64,000 nt of DNA from assembly GCF_006345805.1 (NCBI RefSeq), contig NC_042998.1, forward strand, positions 57,908,001 through 57,972,000, given 5' to 3'. Made by a program: the position numbers and the translations under genes. This document shows positions 12,167 through 26,703 of the stretch, piece by piece (the first letter of the stretch is position 1; each line of letters begins with the position of its first letter). The stretch comes from Octopus sinensis (Eukaryota). Under the pieces are notes generated by a model. That model was not told the DNA's origin and did no database searches. It was given only the letters and a program-made list of their open reading frames with translations.

Positions 12167-13739
12167 TACCCCCACTGCTAGTAACTCAGCTTACTGTTTA
12201 AGAATTTCTTGGTAACTTACGCATGTAATTAATTGTACATGTAAAGTAAGAAAGAAAAGAGTTGATTATCTTTACTGGTGAACTGATGTTGTAAAAGTAA
12301 ATCTTGGAATCATAGAATATACAGAGTAAATGTGTTCTGAAAGACGAGAAAATGTTCCAGTGACTTTACGAAATTGTATTTACTATTTTCTTTACCTGTG
12401 TTATTGTTGCTGTTGTTTAGTTCCTTATCAGTCCTGACTGAACTGATCAATGCTAATCAAAGATATTCCAGACCCAATTATCTTGTCTGTTTTCGTTTTA
12501 GCATTGTTAAACTCAGACTACAATATCCAAGATGTTCTCTTTAAAAGTTGCAGGGTGTGATTTGAAGAAGATCTGGTTGCTATTTATTTAAAACACGCTG
12601 GCTGGCCGGGCTGGAGATTCCTTAAAGACTGTGTTGCATCAACGTCACTCAGTTTAGTGAATGGTGTCTCTGGTAAATTGCCGGATAAACTCTACTTCAG
12701 TAATATTTATGCATGTAATTAAACGTTCTCAGCTCAAAATCTATTAATGAAAATTTATATGGTCGAGAGAAGAAATAGCAGTAATCAATTGTAGTTTTCC
12801 CACAACCAAATGTGGAACTTTGCGTCAATGCTAGAAATCATTTATCCAACAGCCATAAAACCTGAAGGACACATCGGCCAGAGTGTGTTGGGAAGAAAGA
12901 CGTGACTGAAAATCCTTCAGTTATAAGTCTGTTTCATTACATTTCATATGCTGGGTAAACAACAATAGAAAAAAGAGTAGTAGACGTGCATAAAATGGAT
13001 TGCAGAGAGGGTAGAGCATTTGTGCAAAGAACAGAGAACTCTTCATGATAAACTATTACATGTCGGAGTACAGTCTTCGACTCGGGTCAAAACACATGTC
13101 GGAACAAAACTGCAGTTTATCAGAATATCGCGCATAATAACTTGGTCGACTCACTTGCATGGTCGATCAAAGCTGATATTAGACTACACAACAGCAGCCA
13201 TACCAAACATTCACCACAATGTCAGTTGATTCACAATTATGTTTTACTCTCAACAAACAAAGTCGGTTATGTTGTTTCATTACATTTATGTTCCTGGATG
13301 TTTGCCATATTTCAAATTAAAGAAATATTTCCTATTGAACGCTCATTTCTGAACTAAGTTATGTGTTTTTATGGTTCGGGTAAGAATTAACAGTAATCTA
13401 TATTAAAGGATGTATCCAATAATTATCATTCAAATAACAAAGCAGTATTGGTCCAAGCACATCACCTTGCTGAACGGAAATTCTCTTGTTGGATAAGAAT
13501 GTAGGAATCGAAGGCACAGGCATTTCTGAACGAACTGAAGTACATTGCTAATAGTTCAGTGAAACATACATTGCGAATCAAACGGTTAAGTTCATTTTGA
13601 ATAATCTTCAACAATTTGCGTTAGTTATTATAGACAATAAAAGAAATATTTTCTCTGAATATAATAGAATCATTGAAGGAAAAAAAATTACCAATTTTGC
13701 AAGTCATCATTTTTATCAATAATATTTCACATTATTGTT

Positions 13740-15335
13740 ACTGGGTGATTGGAATTCTTCAACGCGAAACACGAAGGTTGCGTTGACAGAGTTATGGTAC
13801 GAAAACTTAGATACAAAGGAACGAATGCCGTTCAATGGGCCTGAGAGGCAGATGCACGGCGTGGAAATAAATCGACGATCCGATGCTTACCAGACCACGA
13901 CGAGCAAATGAAAATTGATCTGAGAAAGATGTGCGGCCTTTCAGCGGCCCTTCGCTCAACTGTTGGGGAGCAGAAGTGAGCTGGGTCGCAGGATGGATTT
14001 CACGTCCTACCTTGACGGACTGCCGAGGCTTTCAGCGACGAAGGTGGTGTGTTGCGAAAGGCCGATAAAAGCCTTTGAAATACGGGAAGCAGGGGCTAGC
14101 TGCACCAGGGGTAAATCGCCTGGTTTGGATGGTCTACCCAACGAGCTTTACGCTTACATGTCAGACTTGCAGCAAACGTTTACTGCAACTGGCAAGAGAT
14201 TGGGAGAATTCCCAGTTTTGTGAGCCGCTGAGGGGTGGCGTTGCTCAGAAAAGGCCTGAACAAGGGGAATTGTATTGGCAACTTTAGGCCCATAACTCTA
14301 CTGAAAGCAGAGTTCAAAATTTTGGGCAAGGTGTTAGTTTTGAGGTTGGCGCTTGTCATTGGATCTTGTAGGGGAGGGACAAACATATGCCATCTTGAAG
14401 AGATCCATCCACGACAGACTCCACCTCATGTGAACCTGATACGTGTGGGGCCCTGATCAATTTAGATCAGTCCAAAGCTTTCGATAGGGTCGACCTGGAA
14501 GCGGTCCTAAAGGCAGCTGATTTTGGGCCTATATTTAGAGGCTGGATCGCTGCAGTGAACAGCGACATATGTTCAGTGGTCAGTGTGAACGCTCACCTCT
14601 CAGAGCCGTTCAATATCATGCGCTCGGTCCGGCAAGTTTACCTCCTCCCGTCTCTCTTGTATGTACTGTCTCTCGGGCCACTACTACACAACATGGAGGC
14701 GTTAAGAGGCATCTAGAGTGACCTAGAGTGTGGAAAATGCGTGTCGGCATATACCGACGACGTCAACTTAGTAGTGTCGGATAATAAACACATAGAAATG
14801 ATCGGCGCCGTTCTCAGGGTATACGAGGCGGTTTCAGGAGCGACGATTAACCAGGAAAATTTAGTGGGCTTGTGGCTCGGCGGGCGGACCGATTAAATTG
14901 CTCGGGATCTAGTTCGGTCCGGACATCCAGATGGACAAACACTGGGACGAGGTAACGAGCAGAGTGACTACTCTTACACAGAAATGGTCCGAGAGAAAGC
15001 TATCCCTGAAAGGTCGGGAAGATGTGACTAACACGTATATCGCGTCCACCATCTACTATCGCTTGACCGTCGTGCCTTGTCCTGGCCACCGTCTGATTAC
15101 GCTGGAGCGTAAACTCTTCCACTTCTTGTGGAAGGAACGCGTCCTGCTGGTTAGGTGGTCAATCTGCTATCAACACCCGCTGAGTTGTGGCTGGGCATGC
15201 TCTGCTGATGATGCGCAGACATGCGCTGAGGCTAAGACATCTCCAGTGCTTCCTTGATGGTGAACTGGTATGATCGCCGTTCACCAGTCATGTATTTCCG
15301 CAGCTAGTTTCTTTAACAGAGCTGCACTCCTGTTA
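13740..15335 (+). mobile_element. L1/Tx1-like LINE reverse transcriptase relic (frameshifted)
   Basis: Ordered RT motifs: KSPGLDGLPNELY (about 14115), NFRPITLLKAEFKILGKVL (14280), LDQSKAFDRV (14462), SVRQ..L.SLLY (14624), AYTDDV (14746), VGLWLG, KLSLKGR. Followed by (CAA)n(TAA)n. Confidence 0.85.
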
Positions 15336-15343
15336 ATAACGAG

Positions 15344-15387
15344 ACAACAACAACAACAACAACAACAAAAACAACAACAACAACAAC

Positions 15388-15445
<58 letters not shown>
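15344..15445. repeat. (CAA)n to (TAA)n compound microsatellite
   Basis: Read directly from the sequence. Confidence 0.95.
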
Positions 15446-15446
<1 letters not shown>

Positions 15447-17946
15447 TAGGGTGATTGATTTACAGAATACTTAGCGCTTCGTAATTTCTTCCGTGGTTTT
15501 ATGTTCTAAAATAAAGGACGCTAAAATAAAGTACCAGTCAAGTAACGGCGTAGATAGCATCGACAAAACCCTCCCCACAGCATCTCTAGTTTTGTACCAA
15601 TCCAGAAGCAATTATTATTAAGTTGAACTCTTGAATCAGTTGGGAGTCTAACATATTGACACTCCTTGTACTGCTTTCTTCCACTAGGAAGTATATAATG
15701 CAGTAGTGGAGTCAATATAAATGGCCGATTAACTTACAGATTTATAGCGTTATCCTTTGATCTAGAAATCTGAACAAAAACGTCCACTTCATAAAATGTG
15801 GATTTTGATGAACGAAGTCCGTTACTATATTTTAATAGTCCTCTGTATACGTATTGCGCTTTGAAATATATTTCCGACATGTTACATCAATATGATATTT
15901 TATATATCGAAAGTTTTTTCCTGATTAAGACTATAAATATTTGCTCACAATATTTATTGAATGTTTTAGAGCAAGGATAATTTTTCATAAAACGATCTCT
16001 ATTAAGTTATTTTAACTTGAACCAGTTAATATTATTGGGATGAGTAATGCTATGATACGTCCAAAAGTCTCAAATTCAATTTATATAACAATATACTAAA
16101 TTTAGTATTTATATCATCGAAGAACTCTATAGGACTTCAAAGCTTTTAAATTCATTCCAATTTAAATTTATTTCATAGGGCCTCGAACTTTTTATTCCAC
16201 AGTAGTGACCTGGTCATTGACTCAGTTCATCACCAAGAACTGTGTCGTATCTTTTAGCAAATAAACTTACAGTATTTGTTTTAAAGCTTCAAGCCTCAAT
16301 ACGATATCATTTTGTAAACAGTTTGAGTGTTAGCAAATACAATGATATATCTTTATATCAAGAAAAAGTAAGGATAATATAGCTTAGAGAAACGCCATTT
16401 TACAACGATTTCTGTAGTCCACACCACAGCAAATAGACTGCTAGAAAAGGCTGGAAATGCCTTAATAGCATATATATATAGGGTTTTATATAAAATTTGG
16501 CTAATCATTGATCTTTCCACACTTGGGTGGCATCTATTTAGTGCTTCATTCATCACGTTTTATCGATCATTTATTTAGTGTAGTCAAACTGCTTTCAATT
16601 TACCACTATAAGTTATGTTGGAGAAGAAAATTTTTCAACAGTGACCTGAATCGGCGATCATATACAAGCAATGTTTATTATCAAGTTAAACCAGTTCATT
16701 ATGGTATGGACATCACCAATTTTACTGATATACAACGGAGAAAGTGACAGAAGGAAAGTTGATGACGGTGAAATATGACTAGAAGGATAATGGATGTAAT
16801 AAAACGCATTTTAATGGCGGAGTTGTAGGACAGCTGAGTAGAAAATTGTGTTCATGCCATTTGTAATGGTATTAATGCTCTAAGTAAAATAGTTCCAACA
16901 ACGAATTGGAACAGGGTAGTAAACTTGATTCGTGACAAGTAATTTGAAATATCATAATGGTATATTATAATAATAAACTGATAAATATATTTTATCTTAA
17001 GGTAATGCACAAAATAAACATATCAGGAAAATATCCAATAAATCAAATAAATAACTGAATATGTTGCAAGAAGAGGAAAAAAACATGGCTGAATCAACAA
17101 AGTAAAAGACTAAGATAAAGATAATATCTAGTCAAACGGGTGGATCATCACATGCCAAGTTAACTGCAAAAAACGCAGAAAGGCATTCATTAAGTAAATC
17201 TAAACGTATACACTAATGGAATTAAAGGCGTAGAACAGAAGTATAATGTTAGAGGACGTATCTGAAGAACGCTAAGTATATTATCCGAGGAACATAACGT
17301 GACCATATCAAACATATTCATTAGGACGCCTTTACATGTATGTGTGTGGGGTATGTGTGTTTGTGTATGTATGTACGTATGTATGTATGTATGTATGTAC
17401 GTATGTATGTACGTATGTATGTACGTATGTATGTATGTATGTATGTATGCGTGCATGCATGTGTGTACATGTATAGCGTTTTTGCAAGTGATTTTTGAAG
17501 GATGTAGAGAGCGCTCGATATGCCATATAGAGTAAGGATGTTTCTTAAAATATAATAGTTAGTGATAACTATTGTTCTGTAACTACGAAGTTGCAGGCCA
17601 ATAAAGTTAATCACGAAAATCACAGATTTAGAACATTTATCCTTTTTACTGTATTATTATGTATGTATGTGTATGTAAACGAGTGAGAGAGAGAGAGGGA
17701 GAGGGCGAGAGAGAGAATGTATGCGTGTATGTATGTGTGCTCGTGTGTGTGTGTTTGTGTGCCTGTGTTGAATTTAGGGTTGTTAATTCAAAGAGCTATA
17801 ACCAACCACAAAGTTTTACTGATGAAACAACTCAATTCTTTTAGCAGAATCAAATTTCTTATAGCTCATTCAGCCAAGCTGAAACTAGTAAAAGAGAAAC
17901 AGAATATGGATATTTACATGTGTTGTTTACACACACACACCCATTG

Positions 17947-18046
<100 letters not shown>

Positions 18047-18162
18047 GTATATCTATCTATCTATCTATATATATATATATATATATCAACACATACATGA
18101 TATTGTTCATATTATAACCTCTGTCTGTATGTCTCTCTTCTCTCTCCTCCCTTTCTTTTTCT

Positions 18163-18269
<107 letters not shown>

Positions 18270-19271
18270 CATGTTTAATATTATACTGCACTAAAATACA
18301 AGATAAGTATTCTCAAACATTATTATACTAATTAATTAGCAGCTACCTAGTTTGATTACAGTGGGATTTCATAACATTTCAGACCATAATGACTGAAATT
18401 GTACAAGTTTTTATCAAAGAAAATTAACCACTAGTATTTTACAAAGTCTCGTTAATACATAATAATATTACTCTGTTGAATAAACAGCGAATAATCCTGG
18501 AAAACAATTCTGATGATGAAGCCGGTACGAACAAGCGAAAGAGAAACTCATTTGACCGTTTTTACTTGGCTAAAATATGGTAGACGAATGTCCGTCTTGT
18601 AAGAATCTACTTTGGGAAAAAAGCAAACACAAGAAAAGAAAAATGGAAGAGTCACTACATGATATTGTCATAATCACGTTATCTGTTAACACGTGATAGC
18701 CATTGTTCTAACGCTTCATTTGATAGCTCTACTCTATCAAAGCTGAACTGCAGTTAAGCAGCAAGAACAATAGCATCATCAACAGCAACAACAACCATAA
18801 AAATAACCAGAAAACCAATCCTTTTCATTGTATCGCCATTGAATTATAACTAAACGGGAAAGCATTTTACAAAATAATGGAATATTTAGCCTTTATGAAA
18901 CACTCTGATGAACTGTACATACTGGATATCAATAGATAATTAAATATTTGATGATTCTGCTCACTGGTAATTTGCAAATAAACATTAATAGTCGTAAAGA
19001 AAAACGAATCATTATAGTAGCTTTATTGAAAGCCTAATGACTAGCATCCCTCTGATTTGTTTTCTAAAGGGGTTTCAAAAAAAAAATTTTCGAAGAACTG
19101 GTCTAGCCTGATGGAATAAAAAGCTGCTAAATCCAGTACCTCAAACAAAGAAGCATACACTCGTTGCGCACCCGAGTATAGATGGAGTATAAATAGGAGA
19201 TGGAACTCTATTCAGTGCAACATATGTTTCGACCTGTGTTATACATTTTGTAAAATTTTTCCGTCATATAC

Positions 19272-19334
<63 letters not shown>

Positions 19335-19339
19335 TGTGT

Positions 19340-19924
<585 letters not shown>

Positions 19925-20905
19925 CATATATATATGTATATATGTATGTATGTATGTGTGTATGTATGTAAATGGACTGCACTCCATGTAATTCAACATA
20001 TATTTACTATAGCGAGAGATCTAAATACAGCGAAGAAGGGGGTAATATTTTAGTTTTTAGAAAACATGTTCCAGTCATATTTATATTCTTAATAGAGCGT
20101 TAAGAGAAAACTAAGCATTAAGTTTGAAAGATGAATATATTCAAAATCCAAAACTTCTAGCGGAGAATGGGATATTTTTTAAATAACAGTTTCCGTGAGA
20201 ATTGAGGATATATATTGTCTTCCAATTGCCTTTAACATGCAACTGTCGTTGAAGATTCAGCTATGGATGAAACGCTGTTTTTATCTTTAGAAAAATGTGA
20301 AATTCTCTAGGTTCTTTCCGAGCTAATTGAATCGTTATAACGTCAAACGAACCACCTGAAGGCATTAAAAAAAAATCTTTACGCTCTCAATCCAATTCCA
20401 ACTGCCGTCTATTTGCATTTAATTCTTTTTGGATCGATAAATCAAAATACCTCTTAAGCATTAAGGTCGAGGTTATCTTAACTAAAACCCTCCCTTCAAA
20501 TTTGCTGACGTTGTGTCTAAATCAAAAACCATCATTATGAAATATGAATTATTGCTGTTCCAGAGAAGAAATTCATCAAATTCAATGGTTTCTTTTTTTT
20601 CTCTATTTACAGTACGACGCTGTATCAGTACAGGACAACAATTCAGTATCTCGCGCCAAAATGAGTTTACGCAAAAATGAAAGATCGAAACAGAGACTAT
20701 CTGGAGTTCAAGAAAACCAAGGTTAGTTCAAATATTTTGTTACTATACACACACCCACACACACATATTACTAAACACTGAAGAGGTGTTTCATATTATA
20801 TAATATCTGTTTCAACAAGCATGTATGTAATCCTGACAGTAAGTTGACGAAACATGTGTTTTATAACCCATGTAATGAGATATATATTTTCTGTATTTTA
20901 TTAAA

Positions 20906-20946
<41 letters not shown>

Positions 20947-21288
20947 TCATATATATTAATATACTTATAAATAAAAAGGTGGGGCAATATGAGTTTATGA
21001 GAGTCAACTCTTAATGTGATAGTATGTGTAGCTTGAATTGATATGCACTCAGCCAAACTGTATAGATATAATCTATGCTTAAAACACAAATATTGCTCTC
21101 CCTCTGTTATTCCTTCTTTACGTCTCTCTTTCTTTCACCTTCTTTCTTTGCATGCGTTTGTGTGTGGGAGCGTGTGTATGTGTCGCTCTGCAAGATGAAT
21201 CCGGCAATATTTGTACGAATTACAACTTGTTATCGTTGTTATATAAACAGTGTCTTCTCGTAATCTTCTTGCAGAGAGTACAAGTAGC

Positions 21289-21325
<37 letters not shown>

Positions 21326-21542
21326 TTGCTACTTATAAAAACAAATGCTACGAGTAACAGGCTCCCTTTCTACACATTTGCATATCTGTTGAATTGTATA
21401 ACCTCCTGGTAGCGGAGTGGTAGAATTATTTGAACGCCGAACAAAATGCTTTGCGAGATTTCTTCTGTTTCTTTACATTTTTTAAGTTCGAATAACGCTG
21501 AAACCAACTTTGAATTACATCAACTCGACGTGGATATACAGT

Positions 21543-21860
21543 GGAGGCGCAATGGCCCAGTGGTTAGGACAGCGGAACTGCAGTTGTAGGATCTCGGTTT
21601 CGAATCCCAGACCGGGCGTTGTGCGTGTTTATTGGGCGAAAACAGCTAAAGCTTCACGAAGCTCCGGCAGGGAGGGTGAACCCTGCTGCACTCTTTCACC
21701 ACAATTTCCCCCCACACTTTCTTTATGTTTCTGTTGTACCTGTATTTCAAAGGACCAGCTTTGTCACATTCACGTGTCTGTGGAGTGCTCAGCCACTTGC
21801 ACGTTAATTTCACGAGCAGGCTGGAACCCTCGTCGTCGTAACCAACGGAGTGCCACGACG
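21543..21860 (+). mobile_element. tRNA-derived SINE family C, near full-length
   Basis: A box TGGCCCAGTGG (21553-21563) and B box GGTTTCGAATCCC (21596-21608). The 3' part (gagtgctcagccacttgcacgttaatttcacgagcagg) is shared with the copy at 35417-35725. Confidence 0.85.
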
Positions 21861-22862
21861 ATAAATGTAGAGTAACGCCTCGACATACGAGTTGTTTTGT
21901 TCCCGGAGAAGCTCCGAAAGCAAAAACTCGTAAAGCAGAGCAATCATTTCCCACAGTAGCAATGTTATAAATCGTAATTCGCTTACCAATAAAATCTATA
22001 ACACTCATGAATAAATGACAATAAAACAACAGTAGAATGTAAAGAATATTTTATGTAAAGTAAAATGAATGTCAAGATCATTTATAATAGAATATAGTAT
22101 TACTAAAATCGTTTTCTGAATCACTTTCACTCGCTCTAGACTGGTGCACATCATAACTTGTAGACGCCATCGCTGATTCACAAGCACGCGTAAACAGACT
22201 TATAGATTTCTTTTTAAAAAACAAGTTTAGAATTGTTTACTTAGAAAAAAGCATTTTTTCGCTCTCTCTAAATTTCTCGGTAACACACAGAAGCATTTGT
22301 TATAATAGTATCTGAGCGTGTATAAGTCTTCAAAAAATTACAAAAATCGATTCCAGGTGAGAATGCGATCAATAAAGCAGTGGAAACGTGCATTTGTACG
22401 CGCAAGTTCATCAGTTGTTGCGATCGATACTACGCGTACGCGAGAAAAGTGCACGTGCAGTTTGCGTAAAAAAACCCGGCTGGCTTGAAATGATGCCACA
22501 AAATGCTGTACATTTAAGAGACCAAAGATGTAAGATGCAAAAGAGATATTTTCTTCAAACTTGGCATGAAAGAAAGACTATTTGGTTTCTCAAAAAGTTT
22601 TTTTTTTTTGGCCTTAACTTCGTTTAACAAAACCAAAAATTTTATTGAAATAAAGGCATGCTTAAGTATTTTTTAATGAAAAGAAAACACTGATTGCTTT
22701 TTATTCAGCAGATATGATTCAGCACCGTCAATTGGACGCGGGGCATTTTGCTCGTTGTTATATATATATATATACAAACTATGTCATTTTAATCCAGAAC
22801 GACAGGAGAGTATATATACAAGGAGAGTATTGGTTCGCTGGAAGCATTGTGTATTGTTTGTA

Positions 22863-23007
22863 AAATATAACGTGTTTTGAATGGCACGACAAGGCAGAGT
22901 GGACTATAATACAATTACCCATATTATATCATACTATGGATAATTAAATTATAACAGTTATTATAGTCCACTCTGCATTGTTGTGCTATTCAAGACAGGT
23001 TATATTT
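22863..23007. repeat. Small fold-back/MITE-like element with about 49-bp inverted arms
   Basis: 22863-22911 versus the reverse complement of 22959-23007; the core gcagagtggactataata is perfect and there are a few mismatches outside it. Confidence 0.8.
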
Positions 23008-23729
23008 CACACACACACACATACATATATATGTGTGTCTGTGTGTAATCATCGCAATAGTTAACAAATGCCTTTTTTTAGAGTTATGAATACAGGAACA
23101 TTTCCCATATCGTTACGATTCCGTTACGATATTTCTTTCTGAGATAAGCAGTCGTCTTATTTTATGCTAAAGAAGGCGATATAAAAATATAGTACTTGAG
23201 ATATGTGAAAACAGCCCAAATACGACTACTCATAAACTGGAAACGTCTACACGTTAGAATTGATATGAAAAATGGAGCAATGATATTATCAGTTGGCCGA
23301 ATACTATTTGCTTTATTTTAATGGTTCGGTTTTCTTGTTAGGATTAGAAATTGCCAGTCTCTTTTATTTTTCTCAAATTGATTATTTTGTAACCGCTGGT
23401 CTTCTATTGTTACGACTTCCTATACACATACATATTTGTTGTTGTTGTTGTTGTTGGTAATATTGTAAGTTGATTTATGACTGTTTATTTCCTAATGACT
23501 TCAGGGTACTTCTCGGGAGTCAGTGCTAAAGATGATAGAATTTGTTAATTTGCCAAAATATTTAATCAATTGTTTGTGGAGATTCTTCTTCAATTTTATT
23601 AAAAATACGTTTTTAACAACAGCTCTGAATTTTTGCATCAGATTTAGCAAGATATAAACTTTGGTGCAATGGCAGTTTTTAGAACATAGAATTATCTGGT
23701 CAGGAATATAAAGAAAGCTTATTGGGAAA

Positions 23730-24910
23730 CTAGCAAAGATACCCGGCGTTGCTCTGGATTAAAATGTCATAGGTTGTATATATATATATATATTACAATT
23801 ATGTTAATAGGTGATACGGGAAAGTGCAGCATTGGCGACTAAACGTTTGGGGAGTAAATTATGGGCTAATTCGACTAAGAGACATACCACGCGTCCGTTT
23901 GGATTATTCCATTCTCTAACCGTACATGGAAAATTGAGGTGGGGGTTATGTGATATTTGAACGCACGGAAAAGCTGTCAGTGAATATACTTTCCTTTGCG
24001 GCTTCGGCGCTGCGTCTAACACGACTCATCGTCTGAAGTTTTGATACCTCCTTCGGGTTTGTTGTCCTACATCACTCATAAAGTAAGTTTGGAGAAAGTG
24101 GATGTTCGTCTGTTGGTAACGGGAAACCAATAAGGTGATAGACTTGCTCTTGAACGTCGGCGTAAATCCATGTTCGACTATCACCTTAGGTACACCAAAC
24201 GATGTTATTTGAAATTCAGAATTATATTGCGTGATATTGTTCCGAAAATCGTTTGACTGTATGGAAGTGCCTTCCAGAAGATCTGTAAGAGGTTCAGGAA
24301 GAGTTGGCAGTGCTGACAACGTTACCTTACCGCTTGAGTAGAACAAGCCATTAGTTTCATTTGGAAATTTTAAACTTTTGCAGAAACGACAATTTGAGTT
24401 TAGCAAAACAATTTGGACAATATTGTAATTTTCATAAGAATGGAATAGATCATATCTGAAAGCAGCTCCAGGATTTGTGAAGAACGAATTTGTACGTAGT
24501 CTGTTTCTGAGAGTTATTCTATTGGATCTCTGTCTAATCATTAAAATGTTCTTTTAATGATTCAGCATTAAGTGCTGCAGCGTGCCTTTGCTGATCTTGG
24601 TAAAGTCTCATCTCCCTTCTCTCTTGTGACTGCATCTGACATGTTGCAGCATGCATTTACTGATCATGAGAAAGTCTCATCTTTTTGTATTGAGTCTCCA
24701 TCTGATGTGCTGCAGCATGTTTTTGCTGATCTTGAGAAAGTCGCATCTCGTTTCTGTCTTGAGACTCCATTTGATGTGCTGCTGACTGTTTGCTGATCTT
24801 GGGAAAATCATTTCTCTTTTCTCTTGAGATTCTCACATTCATTTTTTTACAATCCTTCTTGCTTTATATTTACTTCTGAAGAAATTACGTCTTTTCTTTG
24901 GTGGCATGTA
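23730..24910 (-). mobile_element. Internally deleted Helitron relic (Rep/helicase N-terminus plus 3' terminus)
   Basis: Start MPPKKRR at 24907. ORF 24026..24541 has C..C...KFPNET.G...SSGKV.L..L...PEPL..LL.G......F..NI..YNS.FQ.TSFG...GF.PTFK, typical of the Helitron N-terminal region. The 3' end is an imperfect hairpin followed by CTAG|T at 23730-23733. Confidence 0.8.
24573..24810. repeat. About 66-69 bp tandem repeat (about 4 units) coding a 22-23 aa Helitron N-terminal repeat
   Basis: tg(c/t)tgcagc recurs at 24573, 24642 and 24708, with a degenerate copy at 24777. The minus strand translates as (K/R)HAAAHQME(T/S)QD..EMRLSQDQQ. Confidence 0.8.
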
Positions 24911-25304
24911 CTTTCTCAATATCGTGACCAAAAATGATGAACATGGAAAAATTTATACATCAATCTCTATTGTTAGTAAGCAGCTGTATATAAGTAGTTT
25001 CTTTAAATTTTTGTATACTGTATAAATTAACCAAATAGAAGCACATGTATGAACTGCTATTTGTTTTAGAAATAAGATAATTTTAGTGTTATAAAGTTAG
25101 AATTAAAAGTAAAAGAATAAAAATGAAACAATCTTACAGCCTTATCACTTTTTACACGTAATACCAAACCAGTGCTAATGTTATATTGTTTTAATCCAAA
25201 TGGAAGCAAAACTACATGTTGACGCTCACGGGGTGTGAGACTATTACCTGGTAAAATTTGATTTGATTTGGTTGAGCCGTTTGAGACACAGAGAGAGGCA
25301 AAGA

Positions 25305-25341
<37 letters not shown>

Positions 25342-26590
25342 TTGTATTTATACTTTCATTACACACGCACACACATACACACTCACTCAAACATACACGC
25401 ATACACACACACACACGCACACACATATATCAAAACTTTTATGGCTGTGTGTATGCGTATGTGCTTGTGGCATTTAAGAAGGTGTCACGTCTGTTCGCTT
25501 CCCTGATTTACCAGGAAGGGCTATGTGTTTTCTTTTCTGAAATAAATTAGTTCAGGAGGAAATCTGAGACAGACATATGTAAAGGTTTTCATAATAATTG
25601 AAAAATTATCTACTACAGTTTCCTATAATTCATGTAGTTGCGTAATTTATATATTCAGTTTTAAAGAATGTATATGTCTATCATATACTCATTATTTATT
25701 TGGTGATGCATAAACCATATGTAGTTATTTCCATTGTTGGGTTGATATTACAGTTGATGTAGAAAAGATTCTTATCATTATTTATGGCATGGCTGTATAT
25801 CTTCTGCATTGACATATGATAAATTTTGCTGGAAATGACACGAAGAGCTTTTTAAAAGGAATATTTTTTCTAAATCATTTAGACAAAGAAATGACTAGTT
25901 CAGACAAGGGGCGAAGAAGAAAGGAAAGGAATAGGTGATGCAGAATAGCTTCTAGCTCTAATATATATCCATATTTAAGAAGGATATCATCTACATATGT
26001 ATAACAGCAATCTGTCAATTTATGCATCTTTTTTGTTTTATTTATCTATGCATGATTTTTTTTTCTTCTTACAATATATGTGTGCATAGTTTTCAATATT
26101 TCTCCATGTCTGTTGATCAGCATGTCAGTCAGTCAGTCAGTCAGTATTTATAGTTCAGCATGGTTATATGATTATATACGAGAGCCATCTATATGCTTTA
26201 ACTGAGGTTCATTGAATTTGTTTTCATATCTAGTCATATATCACTTCATATTTTAAGAACGTGATTAATTCCGAAAGTCTTTTCTTACAGAAGCATTTTA
26301 GTGATGTCATTGTTTGTTTCATTGTTAGTAAACAAGAAAGTTCTATATTTTAGTGCGCGCGCACACATATACTCACATACACACCCTCACTTTATAAAGC
26401 TTTGTTTTTTAAAATATTTCGTTATTACTTCTACCTTCAAGTTCCCATCATCTATATTTCATTAGGAAATATTTGCCGAGAAGTTTTTTTCATTTCTAAA
26501 TGTCAGGGATTTCTTGTCAAACATGGGACACAATACGCATCTGGAATACTCAAACTGATATATAATCGCACAATTTGGCAAATAATAATG

Positions 26591-26645
<55 letters not shown>

Positions 26646-26664
26646 TAATAATAATATATATATA

Positions 26665-26703
26665 CTAGCATTAAAGACCCGGCGTTGCCGGGTCATAGGC
26701 TAG
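26665..26703 (-). mobile_element. Helitron-type 3' terminus (GC hairpin plus CTAG)
   Basis: Perfect 8-bp stem gacccggc-gtt-gccgggtc (26676-26694) with CTAG on both sides. Homologous to 46679-46707. Confidence 0.7.

Noticed and set aside
13052-13125. PAN/apple-like peptide TITCRSTVFDSGQNTC
   Set aside because: An in-frame TAA lies immediately upstream, there is no splice acceptor, and the other cysteines are absent.
19215-19275. Minus-strand GAAACATATGTT half-motif
   Set aside because: No CUGANGA upstream. Kept only as supporting context, not as a ribozyme.
20778-20862. CTGAAGA ... GAAACATGTGTT hammerhead-like pieces
   Set aside because: Stem I and stem II do not pair in register, so at best this is a decayed relic.
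21543-21615. Possible tRNA gene
   Set aside because: The A and B boxes are present but there is no complete cloverleaf, and it continues into SINE body sequence shared with other copies.
21868-21960. Tigger/pogo-like TIR (gagtaacgcctcgacatacgagt)
   Set aside because: No matching opposite TIR or transposase found, so it is too weak to call.
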